DNA of 64,000 nt from Gemmatimonadaceae bacterium (GCA_040902075.1 JBBDXZ010000106.1:4417-68416), one strand, 5' to 3'. Positions 35,041 through 44,883 are shown, numbered from the stretch's first letter. Notes: a model not told the origin generated them from the letters alone. Numbers and translations: made by a program.

Positions 35041-36210
35041 ATGCGTCTGCGCGCTCTAGCGCTCCTGGTCAGCACGACCGCGTGCGACATCTTCGCGCCG
35101 AACGGCCCGCGCTCATTCACGATCGAGCTCCCGTTCTGCGGGCCCTCGGCGATCGCGCTCACCTGGGCCGCCGTCAAGCACGACGGCGAGGCATGGACGC
35201 ATCTCACGCCGACAGCTGGCATCGTGAGCCTCCGCGCGTCAGGCACGCTCACCGTGGCGTATGGAAATGCGAGCGCGACGCGCGTCTACTCGGCGAGCGC
35301 CGACGAGTTGAGCCAGGTCTCGTGTTTGCGGCCCGCGAACGAGACCAAGTTCCACATTGGAAGCGTGCGCGACGTCGGCGCCGACGAGCAGTTCTTTGTC
35401 AGTGTCGGCTCGATCAGCGTTTCGGAGACGCCATTCACGGTCTTCGTCCCCGATGGACCGCTGACGGTCGTCGCACGCACCGCGAAGACCAACACCGGCG
35501 TCCCCCACCGCGTCATCGTGCGACAGGGCGTCAATCTGCCTGCCTCCGCGGAGATTCCCATCCTGGATTTCTCGTCCAACGAAGCGAGGCCGTTCGAGTC
35601 GGCACATGTCACGGTCACGAGTGATGGCGAGTCGGCGCTCTGGAATGCGTTCCTGCCTCGGGGGAATCGGCACGACCTCTTCTTCGGGTTGGTCGCCGAT
35701 GAGACGCCGGTGCAGTACTTCGGCGTCCCGGAGCCGCTGCTCGGACCAGAGGATCATCAGGTCCTCGAGATTCGCAACTTCAACTCGAGCTCGAGCACGC
35801 TCCAGGAGTTGGCGTACTACTACCGGCGCGCGCGCGATACGCATGTCACCGTGGGCCCACCGCCGAGCACGCCCACCGGCAGCGTCCTTTCCGCGACTCC
35901 CTGCACCCGGTTGCGAGCGCGCATACCCGCGCAGCCCGAGTACCCGTCGTTCGTCATCGTCCAGTTCCAGGTGGACAACACCATCCTCGAAGTGGGCGTC
36001 ACCAGGGAATTCCTCGGCCAAACGCCATCGAGCTGGACGGTGGACGTCCCGGATCTCGCGCGCCCCGACGGCACGTGTCTCCTGCCCGCGAATCTTGCCT
36101 CATGGTCGGCGAGTGTCATCCCACAAGAGGGACGTCTCGCGCTCCATCTCGGCGGGACTGGCCGCGACGGGGAAGTGCGGCGATGGTCCACCGGATGGCT
36201 TCAGCCCTAG
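35041..36210 (+). CDS. Hypothetical lipoprotein
   Basis: 389-aa ORF. MRLRALALLVSTTAC is a signal peptide plus lipobox. No family recognised. Confidence 0.6.
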   Translation: MRLRALALLVSTTACDIFAPNGPRSFTIELPFCGPSAIALTWAAVKHDGEAWTHLTPTAGIVSLRASGTLTVAYGNASATRVYSASADELSQVSCLRPANETKFHIGSVRDVGADEQFFVSVGSISVSETPFTVFVPDGPLTVVARTAKTNTGVPHRVIVRQGVNLPASAEIPILDFSSNEARPFESAHVTVTSDGESALWNAFLPRGNRHDLFFGLVADETPVQYFGVPEPLLGPEDHQVLEIRNFNSSSSTLQELAYYYRRARDTHVTVGPPPSTPTGSVLSATPCTRLRARIPAQPEYPSFVIVQFQVDNTILEVGVTREFLGQTPSSWTVDVPDLARPDGTCLLPANLASWSASVIPQEGRLALHLGGTGRDGEVRRWSTGWLQP

Positions 36211-37703
36211 CCGTGCTACCGCGCACTTTGACCCGCCGAGGGATCCTCCTCGTCGGCGCGTTCGTCTTTTTCAGCTTTTTCGGTACCGCGAGCTGCCGCA
36301 ACGGCTCGATTGCTCCCGCCGGCTCCGCGGCCCCGCGCTACTCGGCCACGCCTGAACAGTCGGCATTTCTGGACACGCTGCAGCGCCGGACCTTCGATTG
36401 GTTCTGGGAAACGACCAACTCACGCAACGGCCTCGTCCCCGACCGCTGGCCAACCAGGTCTTTCTCGAGCGTCGCCGCGGTTGGCTTCGGGCTCACTGCC
36501 TATCCCATCGGGGTGGAGCGCGGCTGGATCACCCGCGAACAAGCACGCGAACGCGTGCTGACGACGCTGCGTTTCTTCTGGCAGGCGCCGCAGGGTTCCG
36601 CGTCATCGGGCGTCACGGGACACCGCGGTTTTTTCTACCATTTTCTCGACATGGACACGGGGCTGCGCTTCGGCACCGTGGAGCTCTCGACAATCGACAC
36701 CGGATTGCTGCTCGCCGGGGTGTTGCTCTGCCGCGAGTACTTCGATCGCGCGGATGCGGACGAGTCGGAAATCCGAGCCCTCGCCGATTCACTGTATTTC
36801 CGCGTCGACTGGCAGTGGGCCCGGGACGGCGAGCCGTCGCTGAGCATGGGATGGCGTCCCGATGTCGCGCCGCATCAAAACGAACGCGGCTTCATCACCA
36901 GCCGGTGGATCGGCTACAACGAGGCGATGCTCCTGTACGCCATGGCGCTTGGCTCTCCCACGCATCCCATCGAGCCCGCGGCGTGGCAGGCATGGACGTC
37001 GGCGTACAAGTGGGACCGTTTCTACAGCCAGGAGTTCGTGCAGTTCGCGCCGCTCTTCGGGCACCAGTACTCGCACGTGTGGCTCGACTTCCGCGGGATC
37101 GCCGACGCATACATGCGGGGCCGCGGCATCGATTACTTCGAGAACTCGCGCCGCGCCACGCTCTCGCAGCGCGCCTACGCCGCCGCAAATCCCAACGGGT
37201 GGCGTGACTACTCGGCGGAAATCTGGGGTCTCACGGCCAGCGACGGTCCGAAGGACACGACGATGGTGGTGGACGGAGGCGCGCGTGTCTTTCACACGTA
37301 CTGGGCGCGCGGCGCCGGTGCGGACGGGATCTACGACGACGGAACGCTCGCGCCAACGGCGGTTGGTGGCTCGGTGCCCTTCGCGCCGGAGATCACGATT
37401 CCGACGCTCGTCGCGATGCGCCGGCGCTATGGCGGTGAGCTCTTTGGCCGCTACGGATTCCTCGACGCCTTCAATCCCACGTTGCGGACGCCGGGAGTCC
37501 CGTTGCAGCATGGCCGCATCGTGCCGGAGCTCACATGGGTCGATACGGATTATCTTGGCATCGACCAGGGGCCCATCCTGGCGATGATCGAGAACTATAG
37601 AACGGAGCTCGTGTGGCGACTCATGCGGAAGAATCCCTACGTGGTTCGTGGCTTGTGTCGCGCCGACTTCAGCGGCGGCTGGCTCACGGGACGGTGCTCG
37701 TGA
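36183..37703 (+). CDS. Glucoamylase-family / GH144-like (endo-beta-1,2-glucanase-like) protein
   Basis: The start at 36183 has GGAAG 7 nt upstream; the track ORF starts at 36075. FLDTLQRRTFDWFWE..N..NGLVPDRWP, VAAVGFGLTAY, GFFYHFLDM.TG and STIDTGLLLAGVL match the family annotated as glucoamylase family protein. Confidence 0.75.
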   Translation: MVHRMASALAVLPRTLTRRGILLVGAFVFFSFFGTASCRNGSIAPAGSAAPRYSATPEQSAFLDTLQRRTFDWFWETTNSRNGLVPDRWPTRSFSSVAAVGFGLTAYPIGVERGWITREQARERVLTTLRFFWQAPQGSASSGVTGHRGFFYHFLDMDTGLRFGTVELSTIDTGLLLAGVLLCREYFDRADADESEIRALADSLYFRVDWQWARDGEPSLSMGWRPDVAPHQNERGFITSRWIGYNEAMLLYAMALGSPTHPIEPAAWQAWTSAYKWDRFYSQEFVQFAPLFGHQYSHVWLDFRGIADAYMRGRGIDYFENSRRATLSQRAYAAANPNGWRDYSAEIWGLTASDGPKDTTMVVDGGARVFHTYWARGAGADGIYDDGTLAPTAVGGSVPFAPEITIPTLVAMRRRYGGELFGRYGFLDAFNPTLRTPGVPLQHGRIVPELTWVDTDYLGIDQGPILAMIENYRTELVWRLMRKNPYVVRGLCRADFSGGWLTGRCS

Positions 37704-40063
37704 CCCGGTACGTTCTCTTGCTCGTCACCGTTGTCGTCCCGAGCGTCCTTGTCATCCCGAGCGCAGCGAGGGATCTGCACTCTCAGGGCCGGGTCGCGAC
37801 GTCGCCGACTGACACCGCGATCACGTCGCGCCGCGCGACGCGGATCGCCGATTCCGTCCTGGCGCTGATGACCCTCGAGGAGAAACTCGGGCAGCTCACC
37901 CAGGCGCCAGCCGGCTGGGGGCAGACCGGACCAACCGTGGATGCGGCCGGCGAGCAGTTGGTGCGCGAGGGCAAGCTCGGATCCATTCTCAGCTTATGGG
38001 GCGCCGATGTCACGCGCCGCATGCAGCGCGTCGCGGTCGAGGAGTCGCGGCTTCGCATCCCGCTCATCTTCGGCTACGACGTGATCCACGGGATGCGCAC
38101 GATCTTTCCGGTGCCGCTGGCGATGGCGGCGACCTTCGATTCCGCCGCGGCCGCTCGCGCCGCGCGCATCGCCGCCGTCGAGGCGACGGCCATGGGCGTG
38201 CACTGGACGTTCGCGCCGATGGTGGACATCGCCCGCGACGCGCGCTGGGGACGCATCGTCGAAGGTGCGGGCGAGGACCCATATCTGGGCTCCGTCATGG
38301 CGATCGCGCAGGTGCGCGGCTACCAGGGCGACAACCTTCGCTCGCCCACCGCGCTCCTCGCCACGGCGAAGCACTTCGCGGCATACGGCGCCGCGGAAGC
38401 AGGTCGTGACTACAACGTCGTCAGCTTGTCGGAGCACGATCTCTGGAACGTGTACCTACCGCCCTTCCACGCGGCGGTGCGTGCCGGCGTGGGATCGCTC
38501 ATGGCCTCGTTCAACGAGATCAACGGCACACCCACTCACGCGAGCGATTGGCTGCTCACCAGCGTGCTGCGCGACCAGTGGCGCTATCGTGGAATGGTCG
38601 TAGCCGACTGGTCGGGCGTGTGGGAGTTGATGAACCATGGCATCGCCGCTGACAGCCTCACAGCGGCGCGGCGCGCTTTGCGCGCGGGCGTGGACCTGGA
38701 GATGTCGAGCGCGCTATATCGCAACACACTCTCCGCCGAGGTGCGCGCGGGCCGATTCCCATTGCCCGTCGTCGACACAGCGGTGCATCGCATCCTGCGC
38801 GTGAAGGCGGCGCTCGGGTTGTTCGCCGATCCCTACCGTGGCGTGAGCATAGATCGCGAGCGCCGCGAGGTGTTGACGCCCCAGCACCGCGCCGCGGCGC
38901 GCGAGATCGCGCGCGAAGCGATCGTGCTCCTCACCAACAACACCGTGGCCGGCGCGCCCGCGCTTCCGCTGCTGCGCCGCAATCTTCGCTCGCTGGCGGT
39001 CATCGGCGCGCTCGCCAACGACTCGGCCGCACCCCTTGGCCCATGGTCCGGCGCGGGCCGCAAGGAAGACGTCGTGAGCGTGCTTGCGGGAGTGCGCAAC
39101 GCCCTTCCCAACGTGCAGATCAATTACGCGCCCGGCGTTCCGCTCGACACCGTGCGCGTGGAGGGCGCGGTACGCACCGAGGGAATCGCCGCAGCGGAGC
39201 AGCTCGCGCGCACGGCCGACGCGGTGTTGCTGGTGCTCGGTGAGAGTGCAGACATGAGCGGTGAGGGCGCGAGCCGTTCTTCGGTGGAACTGCCGGGGGC
39301 GCAGCTCCAGCTGGCGCAGGCGGTGGTACGCGCGGCGCGCTCGGCGACACCGGCGAAGCCGGTCGTCGTCGTTTTATTAGGCGGGCGTCCGCTCGCCGTA
39401 CAGTGGCTTGCCGACAGCGCATCCGCGCTCGTCATGAGCTGGCTCCTCGGCGTGGAGCACGGGAACGCGCTCGCGGACGTCCTGCTGGGCGATCACGCGC
39501 CGAGCGGCAAGTTGCCGGTGACCTTCCCGCGCGTCACGGGACAGGTGCCGATCTACTACAACCACAAGAACACCGGACGCCCGCCGGTGGACCGGCAAAA
39601 GTACACGTCCAATTACATCGACGCGTCGTGGACGCCGCTCTTTCCCTTCGGCCACGGACTGTCCTATGCCACGTTCAATTACGCGAACCTGCGGTTGTCG
39701 CGGGACAGCCTGCGCGGCTCCGACTCGGTGATCGTGGCTGTGGACGTCACCAACAGTGGCGCGCGTGCGGGTACCGACGTGGCGCAGCTCTACCTGCGGG
39801 ACGACGCCGCGAGCGTCACGCGGCCCGTTCGCGAGCTCCGCGGGTTCGTTCGCGTGCCTCTGCAGCCCGGGGAGATGCGCACGCTACGCTGGCGGCTGGG
39901 CGCCGATGATCTCGCGTTCCACGACCGCGACATGCGGCGCGTGGTAGAGCCGGGCACCTTCACTGTCTGGGTGGGAGGCAGCTCGGCGGCTACGCTGCAA
40001 GGTCGCTTTACCGTCACGGGCGATGTGGTGGTGCTGGCGGCGCCACCGCCGCGGTTCCGATGA
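37700..40063 (+). CDS. bglX: GH3 beta-glucosidase
   Basis: A GTG at 37700 overlaps the upstream stop (GTGA) and gives a signal-like N-terminus, VTRYVLLLVTVVVPSVLVIPSAA. LEEKLGQLTQ, GYDVIHG, the nucleophile context GMVVADWSG and a C-terminal fibronectin-like domain are typical of BglX-type GH3. The track start at 37613 is less likely. Confidence 0.9.
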   Translation: MTRYVLLLVTVVVPSVLVIPSAARDLHSQGRVATSPTDTAITSRRATRIADSVLALMTLEEKLGQLTQAPAGWGQTGPTVDAAGEQLVREGKLGSILSLWGADVTRRMQRVAVEESRLRIPLIFGYDVIHGMRTIFPVPLAMAATFDSAAAARAARIAAVEATAMGVHWTFAPMVDIARDARWGRIVEGAGEDPYLGSVMAIAQVRGYQGDNLRSPTALLATAKHFAAYGAAEAGRDYNVVSLSEHDLWNVYLPPFHAAVRAGVGSLMASFNEINGTPTHASDWLLTSVLRDQWRYRGMVVADWSGVWELMNHGIAADSLTAARRALRAGVDLEMSSALYRNTLSAEVRAGRFPLPVVDTAVHRILRVKAALGLFADPYRGVSIDRERREVLTPQHRAAAREIAREAIVLLTNNTVAGAPALPLLRRNLRSLAVIGALANDSAAPLGPWSGAGRKEDVVSVLAGVRNALPNVQINYAPGVPLDTVRVEGAVRTEGIAAAEQLARTADAVLLVLGESADMSGEGASRSSVELPGAQLQLAQAVVRAARSATPAKPVVVVLLGGRPLAVQWLADSASALVMSWLLGVEHGNALADVLLGDHAPSGKLPVTFPRVTGQVPIYYNHKNTGRPPVDRQKYTSNYIDASWTPLFPFGHGLSYATFNYANLRLSRDSLRGSDSVIVAVDVTNSGARAGTDVAQLYLRDDAASVTRPVRELRGFVRVPLQPGEMRTLRWRLGADDLAFHDRDMRRVVEPGTFTVWVGGSSAATLQGRFTVTGDVVVLAAPPPRFR
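37733..37778 (+). repeat. REP-like family-1 element (1.5 copies) inside the 5' end of the GH3 CDS
   Basis: A partial copy gtcgtcccgagcg (37733-37745) plus a full copy at 37751-37778. They are translated as ...VVVPSVLVIPSAARDLH. Confidence 0.8.
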
Positions 40064-40101
40064 TCGGCTAGTCGCGTGGCGGCGCTGGCAAACGTCACGG
40101 C

Positions 40102-43100
40102 CTATCGGCGGCGCTGGCTGGCGACGTAAGCGTTTCGCGCCGCGATCTCCGGCTGCGTGAGCGGCCCCTCCTCGGGGACGCGCAGACGCTGGCCAGGGCG
40201 GAGGGCTTCAGGTGACGCCAGTTGATCCAGATTTGCCAGCCAGATCCTGGGCCAGAGCTCCGCGTCGGCATACATGACGCGGGCGATTGCCCGCAGACTC
40301 TTGTCGTGTCGCGTCACCGTGTAATAGTGTCGCACGGTTGGCGCACGCCATGACGAGTCGGCTCGCGGCCAACCGTCGGCGGGAGGCCGGAGTCGAGCGA
40401 GATATGCGTCGCGCGCGGCAATCTCCTCGCCGGTGAGCGGCGCCTTTGGCGGAACGACGAGAGAGTCGCCGAGACGCATCATCTCGGGCCGCCCGATCAG
40501 CTCGCGATTGGCGACCCATAACTTTGGCCAGAGGTCGGCGTCGCGATATGCCACGCGCGCTATCTGCACGAGGCTGACGTCGCCGGGACCAACCACGTGC
40601 ACCCGGCGTGTCGTGCGCGTCGTCGTTCCTGACGCCGGCTGCGCTGGCCGACCTGGCGTCAACTCGGCCGCGGCGATCATGCGCACCGGACGTCGCGTCG
40701 GCAGCGCGCGAATCAGAACCTCTCGTGTGTCGCCAGGCTTCAGATCGAGCTCGAATCGCTCCTGTTCCAACCCGTGCGGCGAAGTCGAGCCGCGGCTCAC
40801 CGTGAGAACCCAGCGTCCCGGGTGCAGATCGGCAAAGTTGAATCGGCCAAATGCGTCCGGAACGACGCGGACCGTGTCGCCGTCGACCAGCGTCAGCGCG
40901 ACATCCACGAGCGGGGCCGCGTCCACGAGGCTGTCCGGCGCGCCAAGCGGGCGCCCTTCCTGATACTCGAAGGTGCGAGCGCGGCCGTGAATGCGAACAC
41001 TCGGCACGACTGAAAGCTCGATGCGGCGCGTCTCACCGCTCGTGAGATCGACATTCAACGGCGTCGCCGGCGTGATCATGTGGTCGGCGGGCAACTTGCT
41101 GCGATCCACCTCGAGGAAGTACCGACCGGCGTCGAGGCCGGAGAATTGTACCCAACCGTCGGAGTCGGTCATCCGGGCTTCATCGCCGAGGCGCACGACG
41201 ATTCCACCCGCGGGTCGTCGCGAGATGGCGTCGACCAGCCGCGCGTAAATCGCTCCGGATTCCCGCGTCCTCCCGACGGGGAGCGCCACCGGCATCGCAT
41301 ACTCGGCGAACTGCATCGACTGCGGTTGCGCGGTTCCGGGATACGAGAGCGACCGCCCCTGCCACGACACCCGGTGCCCGAAGGGAAGCGCGCGTCCCAA
41401 CCCCACGTCGAGCATCGTGAACGTGCTCGCATTGGCGTCGTCGTACCTGACCGCGTTGAACCCGATGTTCAAGTTCGTGCCCGGCAGGACGCGGATGGAT
41501 GCACCGGCTCTGGCGCTGGTAAATTCCTGTGGGACGAACGAAAAGCCGGGCGTGCCGCTCTGTTGATCGATCGCGAATGACAGCGTCTGCTCCCCTTTGC
41601 TGGCCGACGTGCCGAGTCCGTACCTTCGGAACGACACCTGCGTCGTGGGCTGGCCGTCGAAAACCGTGAACCCGTCCTCTACCTCGGCGCGGAAAAAGAA
41701 GATCGAAAGCGGGAGACCGGTGTTCACTCGAGTGGACCGGGAGGTCCGGCCGGGAGTGGTAGCGAGGAGAAGGCCAGTCTGGCGCGTATGCTGGTAGGTC
41801 ACGGATATGAACTGACCGAAAGAGATGCCGCTTTCGGCGACACGCTGCCGCGAATCCGGAATGACGGGCTGCTGGAGCATGCCGCTACGCGCCGCGTCCG
41901 CGAAGTTGCCGAAGATGTCGACGTTGCGTGTGAGCATCATGCGGAGCGTCGCATCCAGGTACGAGCTGCCGCGTATCGGGCTCGGGAACTCGACGCCGGC
42001 GGCCTCGCGTCGCGCGCCATACGTAAAAGGACCGGTCCTGCCGTTCAGAGAGACTGTGTGCGCCGCGTCGCTCCGTGCGGCTCCACTGCTCCGGCCATAC
42101 TCCCAGCCGAGCGACGCCCCGGCCAGCGGCGAGAGGCTTCCACGCAAACTCCAGATGTCTCCGGCGAGCACGCCACTGCGAGTGAGAAATCCGGCGCCGA
42201 TGCGCGCTCGGTCGAACAGTGACGCGTCAACGGTCGCCCCGTGCTGAAACTCGCGCGTGAAGGCGAACGAGCGCCGGTCACGCACGCTGAACGCGCCGAA
42301 GGTGAGCGCGCCGGCCGTGAGATCTCCGGCCGCACCGAAGGTCGGCCGTCCACTCTGGCTCAGCCGCGAGCCACCATATCCCTGGTCGCCGACACGCAGC
42401 TGGTATCTGTCCGCGGCTGAAAGACCCACCCAGTACTCGTTCGGCTGGGCGAATGCGGAGCCGCGCGGGTTGGGTCCGCGAAAAAGGAAGTCGATGCGAT
42501 TCGTGCCGGTCTCAGAGAAGTAGCCGGCGCCTCGCAGTTCTGCGCTGAGGCTTCGATCGTCTTCCTCGCGCCGCAGCGCCAGTTGCGCCGGAATAGTCAC
42601 GAAGCGGGACGGCGCGCTGGCTTGGCGCGGAATGACTTCCACGGTACTGACGACGGACACGGCCTCCGCCGTATCCGACGCGATGTTGGCGACTACGTGC
42701 ACCCGGTGCATCTGGCGGGCTTTCACTCGCGCGTCGGTTCCAGCGGCTACGTGCACGGTTCGTTCGACGCCGACGTCCAGGTGCAGCAGCGCGCTGTCCA
42801 ACTGCACGGGCGATCGCGGAGTCGCGGACGCCTGAAGGCGCACGACGACGGGCGCGTTGCCGGCATTCCGTATGGTGAATCGCGCGGTGTATCCCTCGCC
42901 GGCGGCCACGAACGGGGGGGCCGATTCCACCGTGCCGGAGATGCGCCGGCGCTCGGGAACTACTACGACCACGGAGTCCACCGAGGCACCGACGGCATAA
43001 CGCAGTGCGTGAGCGCCGGCGCGGGCGGAAGACGGAACTCCGATCATGACGAGGGCCACCTGAGATTCCCGCGGCACGAGCACCGTCGGACCGTTCGGGA

Positions 43101-43350
43101 CGATGAGGCGCCACGCGTCCGGGAGCGCGAGACGTCCCTCGACGGTGCGGTTCGCCGGCGTGTGGTTCGTGAGACGAAAGGCGAGAGTCAGCTTGCTGCC
43201 AGGAGTCGCACTCAGCCTCGCCGGACCGCGTCGCTCCACGACAACGTCCGCGGAGGCTGCGCCCCGCTGCTGCGCGCTCGACGTGCCGGCGGTCGCCAGA
43301 GCGAGCGCCCATCCCCACGAGCCGACAGCGCATATCCGGCGTAGAGTCAT
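40102..43350 (-). CDS. Large outer-membrane usher-like protein: Ig-like N-domains, beta-barrel-like core, CarboxypepD_reg-like domains and 2 C-terminal LysM domains
   Basis: The Met at 43350 gives MTLRRICAVGSWGWALALATAGTSSAQ; the track start at 43428 would overlap the upstream gene. There are two CARDB/NEW3-like segments and then about 450 aa with alternating beta-strand character. GIVVRL.D......TDSDGW..F.GL..GRY and PDAFGRFNFADLHPGRW are carboxypeptidase-regulatory-like. The two LysM motifs are H.V..GD.SL..IA...Y.DA.LWP.LW.AN and YTVTRHDKSLRAIARVMYADAELWPRIWLAN. The usher role is an inference. Confidence 0.65.
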   Translation of the reverse strand: MTLRRICAVGSWGWALALATAGTSSAQQRGAASADVVVERRGPARLSATPGSKLTLAFRLTNHTPANRTVEGRLALPDAWRLIVPNGPTVLVPRESQVALVMIGVPSSARAGAHALRYAVGASVDSVVVVVPERRRISGTVESAPPFVAAGEGYTARFTIRNAGNAPVVVRLQASATPRSPVQLDSALLHLDVGVERTVHVAAGTDARVKARQMHRVHVVANIASDTAEAVSVVSTVEVIPRQASAPSRFVTIPAQLALRREEDDRSLSAELRGAGYFSETGTNRIDFLFRGPNPRGSAFAQPNEYWVGLSAADRYQLRVGDQGYGGSRLSQSGRPTFGAAGDLTAGALTFGAFSVRDRRSFAFTREFQHGATVDASLFDRARIGAGFLTRSGVLAGDIWSLRGSLSPLAGASLGWEYGRSSGAARSDAAHTVSLNGRTGPFTYGARREAAGVEFPSPIRGSSYLDATLRMMLTRNVDIFGNFADAARSGMLQQPVIPDSRQRVAESGISFGQFISVTYQHTRQTGLLLATTPGRTSRSTRVNTGLPLSIFFFRAEVEDGFTVFDGQPTTQVSFRRYGLGTSASKGEQTLSFAIDQQSGTPGFSFVPQEFTSARAGASIRVLPGTNLNIGFNAVRYDDANASTFTMLDVGLGRALPFGHRVSWQGRSLSYPGTAQPQSMQFAEYAMPVALPVGRTRESGAIYARLVDAISRRPAGGIVVRLGDEARMTDSDGWVQFSGLDAGRYFLEVDRSKLPADHMITPATPLNVDLTSGETRRIELSVVPSVRIHGRARTFEYQEGRPLGAPDSLVDAAPLVDVALTLVDGDTVRVVPDAFGRFNFADLHPGRWVLTVSRGSTSPHGLEQERFELDLKPGDTREVLIRALPTRRPVRMIAAAELTPGRPAQPASGTTTRTTRRVHVVGPGDVSLVQIARVAYRDADLWPKLWVANRELIGRPEMMRLGDSLVVPPKAPLTGEEIAARDAYLARLRPPADGWPRADSSWRAPTVRHYYTVTRHDKSLRAIARVMYADAELWPRIWLANLDQLASPEALRPGQRLRVPEEGPLTQPEIAARNAYVASQRRR

Positions 43351-43359
43351 GAATGGGCT

Positions 43360-43368
43360 GGGGGGGGG
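43360..43368. repeat. Homopolymeric G9 (C9 on coding strand) tract
   Basis: Nine consecutive G at 43360-43368, followed by AA and GGGG. It lies 10 nt upstream of the ATG at 43350, or inside the coding sequence (RPLPPPSPF) if the 43428 start is used. Confidence 0.9.
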
Positions 43369-43378
43369 AAGGGGACGT

Positions 43379-44200
43379 CTAAAAGTTGAGCGTGTACTGG
43401 GCGCCGAAGAGCGCGTCATCGCCCGCATCGACCGTCACGATCGCGCGATACCGTCCGCGCGGCAGGCGGCCGAGCTCGAAGCGGTGACGCAGCGACGTCC
43501 CCGGATAGCTCATCTCGCGCGGCGCGGAGAGCGACTTCACGTGCGTACCGTCCGCCGCGTAGAGCTCCACCGAAACGATGGGGTGGAAGGCGACGTTGCC
43601 GGTGTTCTTCACGTCGAACTGCAGCACCTTGGCGCTGTCCTGGGCGCCAACCACGGTGGGTGCCGCGAACTCCGCGTTGCGCCTCGCGTCTATCGGGACG
43701 TCCGTGATGATCGCGACCGCATACCGAGTCCGCGTGCTGAACGTCATCTGGCCGGGACGCGAGGGCGGGGGTCCGCTCGACGACTCCGCGGACCCGCGCG
43801 GTACCCCTTCCACCATGACCAGACTCCAATATGAGCCCGACAGCGGCTGTCCCGCGGGCACGGTGACGGTGAACGGGATGTTCAGGGTCTGGTTGGGCGG
43901 GACGACGACGCGCGACGGCCCGATGGCCACCCACTGCGCATTGGATCGCGGCAGCTTGCCGGGCTCGCCGAATGTTACGGTGCCGTCGGCGCTCGTGTAA
44001 TAGTCGGTCTGGTAAAGCTTTACCTCTTGCGGCTCCGGCGAGGCGTTGCGGACGGCAAACTGGCCGGTATAGGTGTCTCCAGGGCGCGCCCGCTGCTGCC
44101 TCACCGCGTCGCCCTGGACCGCCACTTGGGCAGGGGCGTCCTGAGCGACGACCGCGCCGATGAAAGCAATGCCCGCAATAATGAAGCGCGTCCGCTGCAT
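43379..44200 (-). CDS. Periplasmic two-Ig-fold protein, chaperone-like (DUF916/PapD-like by architecture)
   Basis: 273-aa ORF with a signal peptide (FIIAGIAFIGAVVAQDAPAQ). Two beta-sandwich-like halves each contain an F.V.N.....V pattern. It lies immediately upstream of the usher-like gene. The assignment rests on architecture only. Confidence 0.5.
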   Translation of the reverse strand: MQRTRFIIAGIAFIGAVVAQDAPAQVAVQGDAVRQQRARPGDTYTGQFAVRNASPEPQEVKLYQTDYYTSADGTVTFGEPGKLPRSNAQWVAIGPSRVVVPPNQTLNIPFTVTVPAGQPLSGSYWSLVMVEGVPRGSAESSSGPPPSRPGQMTFSTRTRYAVAIITDVPIDARRNAEFAAPTVVGAQDSAKVLQFDVKNTGNVAFHPIVSVELYAADGTHVKSLSAPREMSYPGTSLRHRFELGRLPRGRYRAIVTVDAGDDALFGAQYTLNF

Positions 44201-44356
44201 GTTCTTAAAGGACCTTCATGATTTGAGGATTATTCACGGTCGGCGGGACCCGGACGGGGGCCGGGCCGTACAGGGGCCACTAATCAGCAGTCTGGCGCAA
44301 GGCGTGTCAACCAATATGTTTGTCGTCCACGATTCCCACAGTCCGCGGAGGATTTC

Positions 44357-44821
44357 ATGAAGCGCGTGCATCACCTGCTCGTCACCGTTGCATTGCTCGG
44401 CGGCGCCGGCGCCGCCTCGGCTCAGACGACGGCCACCCAAAACGTCACGATCACGGTCACGGAGGTAGACATAATCACGGTCGCTGGCGGCGACGTGGCC
44501 ATATCGGTCGGCGTCGGCAGCACGCAGGCCGCGAGGACGTACAGCGTCACCACCAACGGCACCGCGCGAACGATCACCGGCCAGATCACGACCGGCGTCA
44601 ACTTCCCTACGGGCCTCACGCTCACGACCAACCTGGTGGCTCCCACGAACGCGTCGAGCAACGGCGCGGTCGCGCTCACCACGACGGCGGCCACTCTTGT
44701 TACCGGGATCGCCAACGTGGATCAGAGTGGATTGGGCATTACTTACACCGCCACCGCGACAGCGTCGGCACCGACGGGCGCGCAAGGCCAGAGAACGATC
44801 ACGTACACGATCGTTCCGTGA
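44357..44821 (+). CDS. Secreted Thr/Ala/Gly-rich fibre-subunit-like protein 1
   Basis: 154-aa ORF with a signal peptide (LLVTVALLGGAGAASAQ). The composition is all-beta and Thr-rich, ending ...RTITYTIVP. It resembles SCPU/Csu-type or other small pilin-like subunits and is divergent from the chaperone-like gene. Confidence 0.55.
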   Translation: MKRVHHLLVTVALLGGAGAASAQTTATQNVTITVTEVDIITVAGGDVAISVGVGSTQAARTYSVTTNGTARTITGQITTGVNFPTGLTLTTNLVAPTNASSNGAVALTTTAATLVTGIANVDQSGLGITYTATATASAPTGAQGQRTITYTIVP

Positions 44822-44883
44822 ACGAGTAGGAAGGGATAAGGGGATCGCTTCGCGGCGCTCCCCTGTTCCCGCCGGCTATCCAG

